64,000 bases of DNA from an uncultured Alphaproteobacteria bacterium. Its GTDB lineage: Bacteria > Pseudomonadota > Alphaproteobacteria > Acetobacterales > Acetobacteraceae. Under the pieces are notes generated by a model. The model had not been told where the DNA came from. It was given only the letters and a program-made list of their open reading frames with translations, and ran no database searches. Below, one piece after another: positions 9,584 through 18,608 of this stretch (position 1 is its first letter; every line of letters begins with the position of its first letter). The stretch covers positions 68,670 through 132,669 of the forward strand of contig CAVRDN010000007.1 of the NCBI GenBank assembly GCA_963719675.1, read 5' to 3'. The position numbers and the translations under genes were made by a program.

Positions 9584-10101
9584 CAACTCATGTGACTTTG
9601 AGCAAAATCGACCTCGGAAGTATTCCGGGACTGGACCTTCCGACTGTCGATCCGGGCAGCAACGCCCTGTTCGACAACGATGCGAAAGTCTGCCGGATCA
9701 TTTCCGACGATGAGCTGCACGCCGCGTATGTCGATGACAACATCGACACATTCCAGTTGCAGAACGTGAACCTGCTGACACTCGACGTCGACAACCAATT
9801 CGTCACGCTCACCTATGCCAACGGTGCCGGCATCGATATGCTGCTTGGCTGGATCGATTACGCGGCTCCCCCGCGAACCACCCAATATGGGCAGACGGCC
9901 GGGATCATCTACCCGATCGATGCCAATGGAAATCCGTTGCTGAATGCCACCAATACGCCAAATCTCGTCGCTATCCGCAAATGGTACGCCGCCGAGGCCA
10001 GGAGGGTGAATGATCAACGGGTCGAGATCGCCGAGGTCGTCCACTCGTTCGCTGAAATCATCGGTACGCTTGGGAACGCCGCCGAACATACGGGCGGCTG
10101 A
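9580..10101 (+). CDS. Hypothetical protein (173 aa)
   Basis: ATGA overlap with the upstream ORF; globular-protein composition; visibly less GC-rich codon use. Confidence 0.75.
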   Translation: MTTHVTLSKIDLGSIPGLDLPTVDPGSNALFDNDAKVCRIISDDELHAAYVDDNIDTFQLQNVNLLTLDVDNQFVTLTYANGAGIDMLLGWIDYAAPPRTTQYGQTAGIIYPIDANGNPLLNATNTPNLVAIRKWYAAEARRVNDQRVEIAEVVHSFAEIIGTLGNAAEHTGG

Positions 10102-10103
10102 CG

Positions 10104-10589
10104 ATGCCGGTCGAAATTGGTGCTCCGGAACAAGCGAGCTACGATCTGCGTGGCCGGACCCTGGCCGACGTGGCGGCGGCCGTCGCGTTGCAAGACGAGG
10201 CAGCGAAAACCGAATGGTGGCCGCGCTTTACCTATACCACCTCCGGCGACCTGATTACGGCGGTTGACGTCACCGTGAAGTTGCGCGTGACGATGCCGGC
10301 GTGGCCCAACGCCAAGACCGCGCCGGATGCGGAGCAGCGCGCCTGGGCCCAATTCCTGGCGGCGCTGACGGCGCACGAGCAGGGTCATGTCGATCTGGTC
10401 AACCAGTACTTCGCGGACATCGAGACCCGGCTGGTGGGTCAGTCGCCCGATGCGGCGAAGCGGCTGTGGGCCGAAAACTCCACTGCTTTGCAGGCCGCGA
10501 GCGACTCTTACGACAGCGATACAGATCATGGGCGCAAGCAGGGCACGGTGATCGATCTCACGCCGGCCGGGTCTCAGGACTCGCCATGA
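10104..10589 (+). CDS. DUF922-like zinc-dependent metalloprotease (HExxH)
   Basis: SYDLRG.TL, VTMP.W, W..FLAAL..HEQGH, YD..TDHG..QG, which is the pattern I recall for DUF922; 2 bp after the previous stop. Confidence 0.72.
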   Translation: MPVEIGAPEQASYDLRGRTLADVAAAVALQDEAAKTEWWPRFTYTTSGDLITAVDVTVKLRVTMPAWPNAKTAPDAEQRAWAQFLAALTAHEQGHVDLVNQYFADIETRLVGQSPDAAKRLWAENSTALQAASDSYDSDTDHGRKQGTVIDLTPAGSQDSP

Positions 10590-10750
10590 ACGGGCCTGCC
10601 GTAACCGCGGACCCCGGCTATGATCGCGACTACGATATGGCGAAGGCCAACCTTCTGATGCGCGTACCAAAATCTTTGACGGCGGCCCAGGCCGGCGTGG
10701 ATGCGCACGACAGCGCGAGCCGGAAGCGGGCCGCGTCCACGATCGCCTGA
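10586..10750 (+). CDS. Small hypothetical protein or gene remnant (54 aa)
   Basis: ATGA overlap with the stop of the DUF922-like gene. Confidence 0.35.
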   Translation: MNGPAVTADPGYDRDYDMAKANLLMRVPKSLTAAQAGVDAHDSASRKRAASTIA

Positions 10751-10952
10751 GCGGCGCCGCGCGACGGACGCTCTCACCGGATCGACCAGTCTCAGTTTCG
10801 TGGGTGGGGCGGCGTCGGCGAACAGCAGCGCGGTTCGCGAGCGCGGTACCGGGCCCGCGGACGGGCGATTATGCGCCGGGAGCCATTTGCGTTAAGCCGG
10901 ATCGGAACGTAACCGGAACACGCACCCACAGGGACCCGACCGAGGACCAGGC

Positions 10953-11720
10953 ATGACCGAAGAACTTATCGTCACCGTCGCCAACGGCGTCATGGAAATC
11001 CGCTTCAACCGGCCGGAGAAGAAGAACGCCCTCACCCGCGCCATGTACGACGGCGTCGTCGCCGCGTTCGAATCCGCGGAGAGCGACTCCGCCATCCGCG
11101 TCATCCTGCTGACCGGCACAGGCGACACGTTCACGTCCGGCAACGACATCAAGGATTTCCAGCAGCGCGCGTCGAGCCGTAATTCCACCGCCGCGTCGCC
11201 CTTCCTCACCGCGCTCTCGACGTTGAAAAAGCCGCTGGTCGCCGCGGTCAACGGCGCCGCGATCGGCGTCGGCACCACCATGCTGGCGCACTGCGACCTG
11301 ATCGTCGCCGCGCGCTCGGCGCGATTCGTGATGCCGTTCACCCGCCTCGGCCTGGTGCCCGAGGCCGGGAGTTCGTTGCTGTTCCCGCAACTGCTCGGCC
11401 ACCAGAAGGCCGCCGCGATGCTGCTGCTGGGCGATGCCCTCGACGCCGACGCGGCGCTGGCGGCCGGCTTCGTCTACCAGGTGGTGGACGATGCCGAGCT
11501 GATGACCGCCGCGCGCGCCGTGGCCCAACGCCTCGCCGCGTTGCCGCCCCAGGCGATCCGGCAAACCAAGCACCTCATGCGCCGCGGCAAGCCCGAGCTG
11601 ACCGCGCGCATCGGCGAAGAACTCGAATTGTTCCGCGAACGGGTCTACTCGCCCGAGGCGGCGGAAGCCTTCGCCGCGTTCATGGAAAAGCGCGCGCCGG
11701 ACTTCTCGCGCTTCTCCTGA
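10953..11720 (+). CDS. Enoyl-CoA hydratase/isomerase family protein
   Basis: NRPEKKNAL, FTSGND, KPLVAAVNGAAIGVG, LGLVPEAGSS, AFMEKR.PDF. Confidence 0.92.
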   Translation: MTEELIVTVANGVMEIRFNRPEKKNALTRAMYDGVVAAFESAESDSAIRVILLTGTGDTFTSGNDIKDFQQRASSRNSTAASPFLTALSTLKKPLVAAVNGAAIGVGTTMLAHCDLIVAARSARFVMPFTRLGLVPEAGSSLLFPQLLGHQKAAAMLLLGDALDADAALAAGFVYQVVDDAELMTAARAVAQRLAALPPQAIRQTKHLMRRGKPELTARIGEELELFRERVYSPEAAEAFAAFMEKRAPDFSRFS

Positions 11721-12229
11721 AACACGCTCCCGCGGTCGGCTTCGCCGGTTTCGGCATGGGCTGGCTCCGGGCCATCGATGACGTTCGCGAGCGTGCCAGC
11801 TGATGCGGACGGCACGAGCGGGATATCATTCCCTCGGCCAGCGACCGGATTGAGCGACATATTTCACCACGAAGCCACGAAGCACACGAAGCCTCATGTA
11901 TCTTAGCAAGGACTTCCGTCGCCCAGCCTGATGCCACATCCATCTCTTTTCACGAGACATTGTGCGCCGGCTGCGCACCGCGCGGCTTTTCGTTTCGAAT
12001 GTAGAACATATTCACAACCGGGACCCTTCCTGGCGAGCTCGTCCCAATCGCGAGCAGATGATGGGAGTTTGTTCCCCAAAAAAGCGACCCAGCCTCCTTG
12101 CGGACGCTGGGTCAAAGTTAGGTCCGGGTATGACCTGGGCCAACAAAATTTGGCCCTGCGCAATCGCCGGTAGTGTTGGGGCCACGGCGACCGAGCATTG
12201 TCTGACTACCATGGGCTGTCCCGGCAAAC

Positions 12230-12245
12230 TGTGAGGTAGCTCACA
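12230..12245. promoter_or_regulatory. CRP-family operator TGTGA-N6-TCACA
   Basis: aaac-TGTGA ggtagc TCACA-cttt: perfect core with A/T-rich flanks, in a long intergenic region. Confidence 0.62.
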
Positions 12246-12651
12246 CTTTGACGGCGCCGCATTGGAATCCCACGAATAATACCAAAAACAGGAGCCATCC
12301 CCGGCCTGTCCCCGGCGCCGGATCACAGCGACTCCCCGGCGATGTCCATCTCGACAACGGGCGCGATCGCCGCGGCTACAGGTTGCGGAGAACGATATTG
12401 ACCAGCGTGATCGCCGCGAACGCCAGGCCGAGGATGGCCAGGATACGCTCCCACCAACTTCCCAGCGTGGCGTGGCGCAGGTAATCCGACCCTCGAAACG
12501 GCGCGAAACACGCTGCGCCCTGACCGCGCTCAAGGATACCGCTCGCCCTGAGTTCTTCCTGGTTGGGCTCTTTCATGCGCCTGATATGATACCTGCGTCC
12601 GGCCGTTGCAAACCGGACTCATCCCCGCCCCATCGCCTCAGGAGACACCTG

Positions 12652-14304
12652 TTGCCCAATCGAGCCGATCGTGACGAGATCAGAGTGTTCCAGGCCGCCC
12701 GCATCGTCACCCTGAACGCGAGCCTGCCGCTGGCGACCCATGTCGCCGTCCGGAGCGGACGCATCCTTGGCATGGGCGGCGCGGCGTTGCTCGACGCGTT
12801 CGGGCCCGCCATGCTGGATGACCGGTTCGCCGCCAGGGTGATCGTCCCGGGCTTTGTCGAGGGTCACGGCCACGCCGCCGACGGCCTGATGTGGCGCAAT
12901 CCCTACGCGGGCTACTTCCCGCGCATCGCGCCTGACGGCACGCGCCATCCCGGTTTCCAGAGCATCGCCGACCTGATCGCCCGCCTGCGCCAGATCGAGG
13001 CGGCGATGACCGACCCCGACACGCCGCTGGTCGCCTGGGGCTTCGACCCGATCTATTTCGACGGTGCGCGCCTGACCGTCGCCGACCTGGACCCGATTTC
13101 GGCGCGCCGGCTGGTCGTGGTGGCGCACGTCTCCGGCCATATCCTGAACGTGAACAGCGCGGTGCTGGCGCGCGCCGGGTTCTCGGCGGACAGCAATCTG
13201 CAGGGTCTGGTGCGCGACGCCGCCGGCCACCTGACCGGCGAGTTGCAAGGTCCGGCGGTGATGGGCCGTGCCAATCGGGTCACCGGCGACGCCGGTCTGT
13301 CGCGCGTTCTCGATGTCGCGGCGCTGCGCGACTTCGCCGCGCTCACCCGTCGCGTCGGCGTCACCACCGCGACCGATCTCGCCAATCCGCTGACGGACGA
13401 CACCGTCGCCGCGATGCGGGAGGCCACCGCGCGAGACGACTTTCCGTTGCGCCTGGTGCCCGCGTTGCGCGCCCGCGAGTACAGCGTTCCGGACGGGATC
13501 GCGCGCGTCAAAGAGTTGGGGCGCCTCAACACCGAGCGGCTGCATTTCGGCATCGCCAAGCTGGTGGTGGACGGGTCCATCCAGGGCTTCACCGCGCGCC
13601 TGCGTTGGCCTGGCTACCATAACGGCGCGCCGAACGGCCTCTGGTATGTCGCGCCCGCCGAGCTGGGCTCCATCGTCGACGCGTATCACCAGGCCGGAAT
13701 TCAGTTGCACATCCATACCAATGGCGACGAGGCCAGCGAACTCGCGACCGAAATGATCGGCCGCGCCCTCGTAGCACATCCCCGGCTGGATCATCGCCAT
13801 ACGCTGCAACACTGCCAGATGGCGGACGAGGCAATCTTCCGCCGCATGCGCGCTTTCGGCATGTGCGTGAACCTGTTCGCCAACCATATTTATTACTGGG
13901 GCGAGCAGCATCGCGCCCTGACCATGGGACCGTCCCGCGCGTCGCGGCTGGACGCCTGCGCCACGGCCTTGCGTGTCGGCGTGCCGATGGCGATCCACTC
14001 GGATACGCCGGTCACGCCGGTCGATCCGTTGTTCACCATGTGGTGCGCCGTCAACCGAGTGACCGCCCAGGATCGGGTGCTCGGTCCGGATGAGCGCATT
14101 TCGCCGGAGCGGGCGTTGCACGCGGTGACCCTGGGCGCGGCTTACACACTGCATCTGGATCATCTGATCGGCAGCATCGACGTCGGCAAGTTCGCCGATT
14201 TCGCGGTGCTCGATCGCGATCCGCTGGCGGTCGAGCCGATGGCGATTTGCGACATCCCGGTCCGCGCCACGATCTCCGGCGGGCGCGTGTTCGACAACGC
14301 ATGA
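12652..14304 (+). CDS. YtcJ-like metal-dependent amidohydrolase (Amidohydro_3)
   Basis: PGFVEGHGH, KLVVDGSIQG, HIHTNGD, HSDTPV, GSIDVGKFADFAVL; start placed at TTG after AGGAGA. Confidence 0.88.
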   Translation: MPNRADRDEIRVFQAARIVTLNASLPLATHVAVRSGRILGMGGAALLDAFGPAMLDDRFAARVIVPGFVEGHGHAADGLMWRNPYAGYFPRIAPDGTRHPGFQSIADLIARLRQIEAAMTDPDTPLVAWGFDPIYFDGARLTVADLDPISARRLVVVAHVSGHILNVNSAVLARAGFSADSNLQGLVRDAAGHLTGELQGPAVMGRANRVTGDAGLSRVLDVAALRDFAALTRRVGVTTATDLANPLTDDTVAAMREATARDDFPLRLVPALRAREYSVPDGIARVKELGRLNTERLHFGIAKLVVDGSIQGFTARLRWPGYHNGAPNGLWYVAPAELGSIVDAYHQAGIQLHIHTNGDEASELATEMIGRALVAHPRLDHRHTLQHCQMADEAIFRRMRAFGMCVNLFANHIYYWGEQHRALTMGPSRASRLDACATALRVGVPMAIHSDTPVTPVDPLFTMWCAVNRVTAQDRVLGPDERISPERALHAVTLGAAYTLHLDHLIGSIDVGKFADFAVLDRDPLAVEPMAICDIPVRATISGGRVFDNA

Positions 14305-15188
14305 GTTTCGTTCCGCTGACGGTGATCGGCGGTTTTCTCGGCGCCGGGAAGACGACGCTGGTCAATCACCTGCTGCGCACGGCGACAAGGCGGATCGGCG
14401 TGCTGGTCAACGATTTCGGCGCGATCGCCATCGACGCGGCGCTGATCGCCGCGCATGACGGCGACACCATCGCGCTGACCAACGGCTGCGTCTGCTGCGA
14501 CATGAGCGGCGATCTGGGGGCCGGCCTGGCGCGCCTCGCCGCGCGCGTGCCCGCCGTTGAACATGTCTTCGTCGAGGCGAGCGGCGTCAGCGATCCCTGG
14601 CGGCTGGCGGAACTCGCGCTGGTGGAGCCGGGGTTCGGTCTGGAGCCGATCGTCGTTGTCGCCGACGCGTCGGCCGTGACCGGGCACCTGGACGATCGTT
14701 GGGTCGCCGATACGGTACGCGGCCAGTTGCGGGCGGCGGAGGTGGTGGTGCTGAACAAAGCCGACCACGCCGGATCGCTGGCGGCCGCGCGCGCGGCGAT
14801 CCGCGCGATCCGTCCCGGGGCGCGGTTGATCGAGACGTGCCATGGGCAGGTCAACGATGAAGCGTTGCGATTTCCCGTGGCACCGCGCGGCCGCCTTCGC
14901 GCCGAGGCGGTACCGGCGCACGACTTTCGCACCTGGCACTTCGTTCCGGTCGCACCGTTCGATCGCGACCGGCTACGCGCGGTGCTGCACGGTCTGCCCG
15001 CGTCGGTGTTGCGGGTTAAGGGGTTTTGCCGGCTGGGTCCCGAGGCGGCACTCCATTTGTTGCAGTTCGCATCGGGTCAATGGGCGTTGACACCGCACGA
15101 CGCGGGAGCGCCGGGCCTCGTCGTGATCGGAACCGCGGCGATGCCGGACCATACGGAACTGGCGGCGCTGTTCGAACGCGCGACGTGA
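14301..15188 (+). CDS. CobW/COG0523 family GTPase metallochaperone
   Basis: GGFLGAGKTT, VNDFG, NGCVCC, EASG, LNKAD, LRVKG; ATGA overlap with the amidohydrolase. Confidence 0.9.
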   Translation: MSFVPLTVIGGFLGAGKTTLVNHLLRTATRRIGVLVNDFGAIAIDAALIAAHDGDTIALTNGCVCCDMSGDLGAGLARLAARVPAVEHVFVEASGVSDPWRLAELALVEPGFGLEPIVVVADASAVTGHLDDRWVADTVRGQLRAAEVVVLNKADHAGSLAAARAAIRAIRPGARLIETCHGQVNDEALRFPVAPRGRLRAEAVPAHDFRTWHFVPVAPFDRDRLRAVLHGLPASVLRVKGFCRLGPEAALHLLQFASGQWALTPHDAGAPGLVVIGTAAMPDHTELAALFERAT

Positions 15189-15195
15189 CGCCGCG

Positions 15196-16413
15196 CTAAA
15201 TGATCTTCCGCTCCTTTAAATCCCGAATTTGCTCCGCGCTGTAACCGACCAGGCCCAGCACCGCGTCGTTGTCGGCGCCAAGCTCCGGAGCAACGCCGAT
15301 CTTCGCCGGCGTCTCGGAAAACCGCCACGGCGTGCCATGCACTTTCAGGGTCTTGCCATGCTTCGGATATTCCATCTCGGTGACATAACCATTCGCCACC
15401 ACGTCGGGATCGTTGGACGCTTCCAGCAGCGTATTGATCGGCGCCGAAACGATATCCGCGCCGCGCAGCCGCGCGACCCAGTCGTCGCGCAAACCGGTCG
15501 CGAACAGCTCATCCAACAGGCGCAGCAACGCGACTCGCCGTTCGTCAGAGCCAATAATTACGCCCAGATCGCCGAATCCCGCTTGCTCCAGCGTCTCGTA
15601 AAATCCAACCGCCGTCATGGCATCGCGCCACTGCCGCGCGCCGTTCAACTGAAACACCAACGGCTTTCCATCGCGATCGTTGAAGCTCGCGCTCATGCCG
15701 GGGCGGCTCGGCGTGCCGGTGATGCGCGCCTGTCCCGTGACCGGGTCCTGATTGCGCCACATCGCCGTCGTCAGCGTCCAGCCCATCAGCCGAATTTGAC
15801 CGCCGAGCAACGAGCAATCGACTTTTTGTCCGATCCCCGTCGCACGCGCGTAGGTCAACGCGGCGAGCGCGCCGCCGAACGCCAGAATCGCGCAGGTCTC
15901 GTCGGCGACCGAGACGATGCCGGTCCGCAACGGCTGACCCGGTGTCGAATACGCCTCCGCGATGCCGCCCAGAGCCTGCGCCATGGAATCGGTGCCCGGC
16001 AAATCGGCGTGCGGACCGCTCGGCCCATAACCGGAGATCGAGATGTAAACCAGCTTCGGGTTGACCTTGCGCAGGTCTTCCCAGCCGAACCCGTTCTTCT
16101 CCGCGGCGCCTGGGCGGAAGTTCTGTCCAAAGATATCCGCTTGCGCGACCAGTTGGCGCAGAATTGCCTGGCCCTCCGGCGCCTTCAGATTCAACGTGAC
16201 GCTTTTGACGCCGCGATTGTTGGTTTCGAAATATGTGCTGGGAAAACCGGGAAACACCGTCGAGCCACGCGAGTTATCGCCGCCCTCCGGCACCTCGATC
16301 TTGATCACCTCGGCGCCCAGATCGGCCATCAGCATATACGGCACCGTCCCCGCCTGAGCGGTTGAACAGGCGACAACCTTCACACCCTGAAGCGGACCAT
16401 GGGCTTGCGTCAT
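15196..16413 (-). CDS. CaiB/BaiF family (class III) CoA transferase
   Basis: ADLGAEVIKIE, NRGVKSVTLNLK, NFRPG, SISGYG..GP, APELGADN. Confidence 0.92.
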   Translation of the reverse strand: MTQAHGPLQGVKVVACSTAQAGTVPYMLMADLGAEVIKIEVPEGGDNSRGSTVFPGFPSTYFETNNRGVKSVTLNLKAPEGQAILRQLVAQADIFGQNFRPGAAEKNGFGWEDLRKVNPKLVYISISGYGPSGPHADLPGTDSMAQALGGIAEAYSTPGQPLRTGIVSVADETCAILAFGGALAALTYARATGIGQKVDCSLLGGQIRLMGWTLTTAMWRNQDPVTGQARITGTPSRPGMSASFNDRDGKPLVFQLNGARQWRDAMTAVGFYETLEQAGFGDLGVIIGSDERRVALLRLLDELFATGLRDDWVARLRGADIVSAPINTLLEASNDPDVVANGYVTEMEYPKHGKTLKVHGTPWRFSETPAKIGVAPELGADNDAVLGLVGYSAEQIRDLKERKII

Positions 16414-16480
16414 CTCGAACGACCTCCTGTCTTGCCAACAGCCGCCGATGCTATGCCAACAACCCGCGACGCGCGACCCG

Positions 16481-16537
16481 GCGGGGTTTGCCAGCGGGGT
16501 TTGCCAGCGGGGTCTGCCGGCGGGGTTTGCCAGCGGG
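16481..16537. repeat. 13-bp tandem repeat x4 (gcggggtttgcca) in a divergent intergenic region
   Basis: Visible directly. Confidence 0.85.
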
Positions 16538-16577
16538 TGGGGCCGGACGGGTTAAACCGGCGATCGGGACAGGAGCG

Positions 16578-17483
16578 ATGGTCATGCCGATCTCATTCAA
16601 ACCGCTGCACCAGCATTTCGCCGCCGAGGTGCGCGACTTCGACATGCGTCAACCGATCGACGCCGCCGCGGTCCGCCGGTTCGAGCAGGCGATCGATCGT
16701 TACGGCATCCTGATCTTTCCCGCGCAGCAGGTGAACGACGCACAGCAACTCGCGTTCACCGCGAACTTCGGTCCGCCGGACATCGGCCGCAAGAAAGCGG
16801 TCAGGAGCGCCGAAAGCCGGCTACCGGAGGAGATGATCGACCTGTCCAACCTCGACGAGAACGGTTACGTCATCGATCCGGACCACCGCCGCGTTTTGTC
16901 CCTGCTGGGCACGCGGCTTTGGCACAGCGACAGCTCCTACCAGCGGCCGGCGGCGAAGTATTCGATGTTGCGCGCCGTCGCCGTGCCGCGATGGGGTGGC
17001 GAAACGGAATTCGCCGATTGCCGCGCCGCGTATGACACGCTGCCGGAAGCGTTGCGCGCCGAAGCCGAAGACCGGTTCGCCGAGCATTGGGTGCATCATT
17101 CGCGGAGCACGCTGGGATGGGAACCGACGGAGGAAGAAATTCGCGGCGCCATGCCGCCGGTGCGCTGGCCGCTGGTGCGCGTGCATCCGGGCAGCGGGCG
17201 CAAGACCGTTTATATCGGCGCGCACGCCCGGCGGGTGATCGGCATGGCGCTTCCCGCCGGCCGGATTTTGTTACGCGACCTGCAGGAGCACGCGACGCAG
17301 CCCGAGTTCGTCTACCGCCATGCGTGGCAGCCGGGCGACCTCGTGTTGTGGGATAATCGCGCGGTCATGCACCGCGGTTGCCGCTATGACCTCCGGCAGA
17401 TCCGCGACATGCGGCGCACGACGATCCTCGATCTGGCTTCGATCGACGAACGCGATTGCGGCGAGGACCGTGAAGCCGCCTGA
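16578..17483 (+). CDS. TauD/TfdA family Fe(II)/2-oxoglutarate dioxygenase
   Basis: WHSDSS (HxD), GGETEFAD.RAAYD, HAWQPGDLVLWDNRAVMHR; AGGAG RBS. Confidence 0.9.
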   Translation: MVMPISFKPLHQHFAAEVRDFDMRQPIDAAAVRRFEQAIDRYGILIFPAQQVNDAQQLAFTANFGPPDIGRKKAVRSAESRLPEEMIDLSNLDENGYVIDPDHRRVLSLLGTRLWHSDSSYQRPAAKYSMLRAVAVPRWGGETEFADCRAAYDTLPEALRAEAEDRFAEHWVHHSRSTLGWEPTEEEIRGAMPPVRWPLVRVHPGSGRKTVYIGAHARRVIGMALPAGRILLRDLQEHATQPEFVYRHAWQPGDLVLWDNRAVMHRGCRYDLRQIRDMRRTTILDLASIDERDCGEDREAA

Positions 17484-17724
17484 CCGCGGACCGGCCGGTT
17501 CAACAAACGTGTCGGACGGAGCGGGCGGGAAAATTGCCGCTTTCGCGTATGGCCGGCCGCCGAACGTGCCCCCGGTCATAGGCCGACTCGAAGGCCGGCC
17601 ATGACGGAGCGGCGGGAATACGTCCCTGGTGGTGTCACTTTCCACCGCCGGATCGCGCGGCCACCCAGGGTCTCCGCCCGGCGATGAAATCCAAGGCCGT
17701 TCGGTTTTGAACGGCCGCGCGGGC

Positions 17725-18279
17725 TTATTCGGACGCCGAGAACTGATCGAGCAATTCCGACAGATCGTCGGCGTGCTCTTCCTCGACGGCCTGAATCTCC
17801 TCGATCATCTGCCGCGTGGTGGAATCGAACGGCGCGAAATACGCGGCGATCTCCCGGTAGCTGTTGATCGCCACCCGTTCCGCGACGAGATCTTCCTCGA
17901 TCATCTCGCGCAACGAAGCGCCCTCGGCGTACTCGGAATGACTGCGCGACAGCAACCCGTCGGGTGAGAAATTCGGCTCGCCGCCAAGCTGGACGATGCG
18001 TTCCGCGATGCGGTCGGCGTGCTCCTGCTCCTCGGCGGCATGCTGTTGAAATTCCGCCTTCACCGATCCGGAATGAATTCCCTTGGCCATGAAATAATGC
18101 CGCTTGTAGCGCAGCACGCAGACGATTTCCGTGGCCAGCGCGTCATTGAGGACTTTGCACGCGACCTTGGTGTCGCCGGCGTAGGATTTGGTAACCGCGC
18201 CGTCCATCATATGGCTGCGCGCCCGTTCCCGGAGCGCCTTCACATCGGTGAAGAACGGTTTGCTCATGTCGTTGGCCAT
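17725..18279 (-). CDS. Ferritin-like (bacterioferritin/Dps family) protein
   Basis: LNDALATEIVCVLRYKRH, EEQEHAD.IAERIVQLGGEP, EDLVAER, EEEHADD di-iron motifs. Confidence 0.87.
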   Translation of the reverse strand: MANDMSKPFFTDVKALRERARSHMMDGAVTKSYAGDTKVACKVLNDALATEIVCVLRYKRHYFMAKGIHSGSVKAEFQQHAAEEQEHADRIAERIVQLGGEPNFSPDGLLSRSHSEYAEGASLREMIEEDLVAERVAINSYREIAAYFAPFDSTTRQMIEEIQAVEEEHADDLSELLDQFSASE

Positions 18280-18281
18280 GT

Positions 18282-18491
18282 TCACGAACCTTGTTTTGTT
18301 GTGCGATCGATTGCGAAACGCGCCGGGCTGGATGCCTCCGGCGATTGCCAGTAGCCGCGTAGCCGCGGGCCATCCTGGAACGCGGTCGAGAAGATCTCGC
18401 CACCCCAGGGGACGTTTTGCCCGAACAGCGCGATATGCATGATGACCAGGATGGGAATGGCCAGGAGCGTCAGCAAAACGGCGCGATGCAT
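18282..18491 (-). CDS. Small hypothetical membrane protein
   Basis: GGAGA RBS; hydrophobic N-terminus MHRAVLLTLLAIPILVIMHIALFG; follows an EcfG-type promoter. Confidence 0.4.
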   Translation of the reverse strand: MHRAVLLTLLAIPILVIMHIALFGQNVPWGGEIFSTAFQDGPRLRGYWQSPEASSPARFAIDRTTKQGS

Positions 18492-18531
18492 GTCCAGTCT
18501 CCGGAAATCACGTCTCGTATTTCGGTTCATT

Positions 18532-18556
18532 AACGCCGCCGTCAGGTTGAGGTTCC
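18532..18556 (-). promoter_or_regulatory. EcfG-type promoter GGAAC-N16-CGTT
   Basis: Exact consensus on the minus strand, upstream of the small ORF and the ferritin-like gene. Confidence 0.7.
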
Positions 18557-18608
18557 CCCCGGCCCAGGCTTTTCGGGGACCTTTTCGAGGACGCGAGCCG
18601 GGCTTTTT

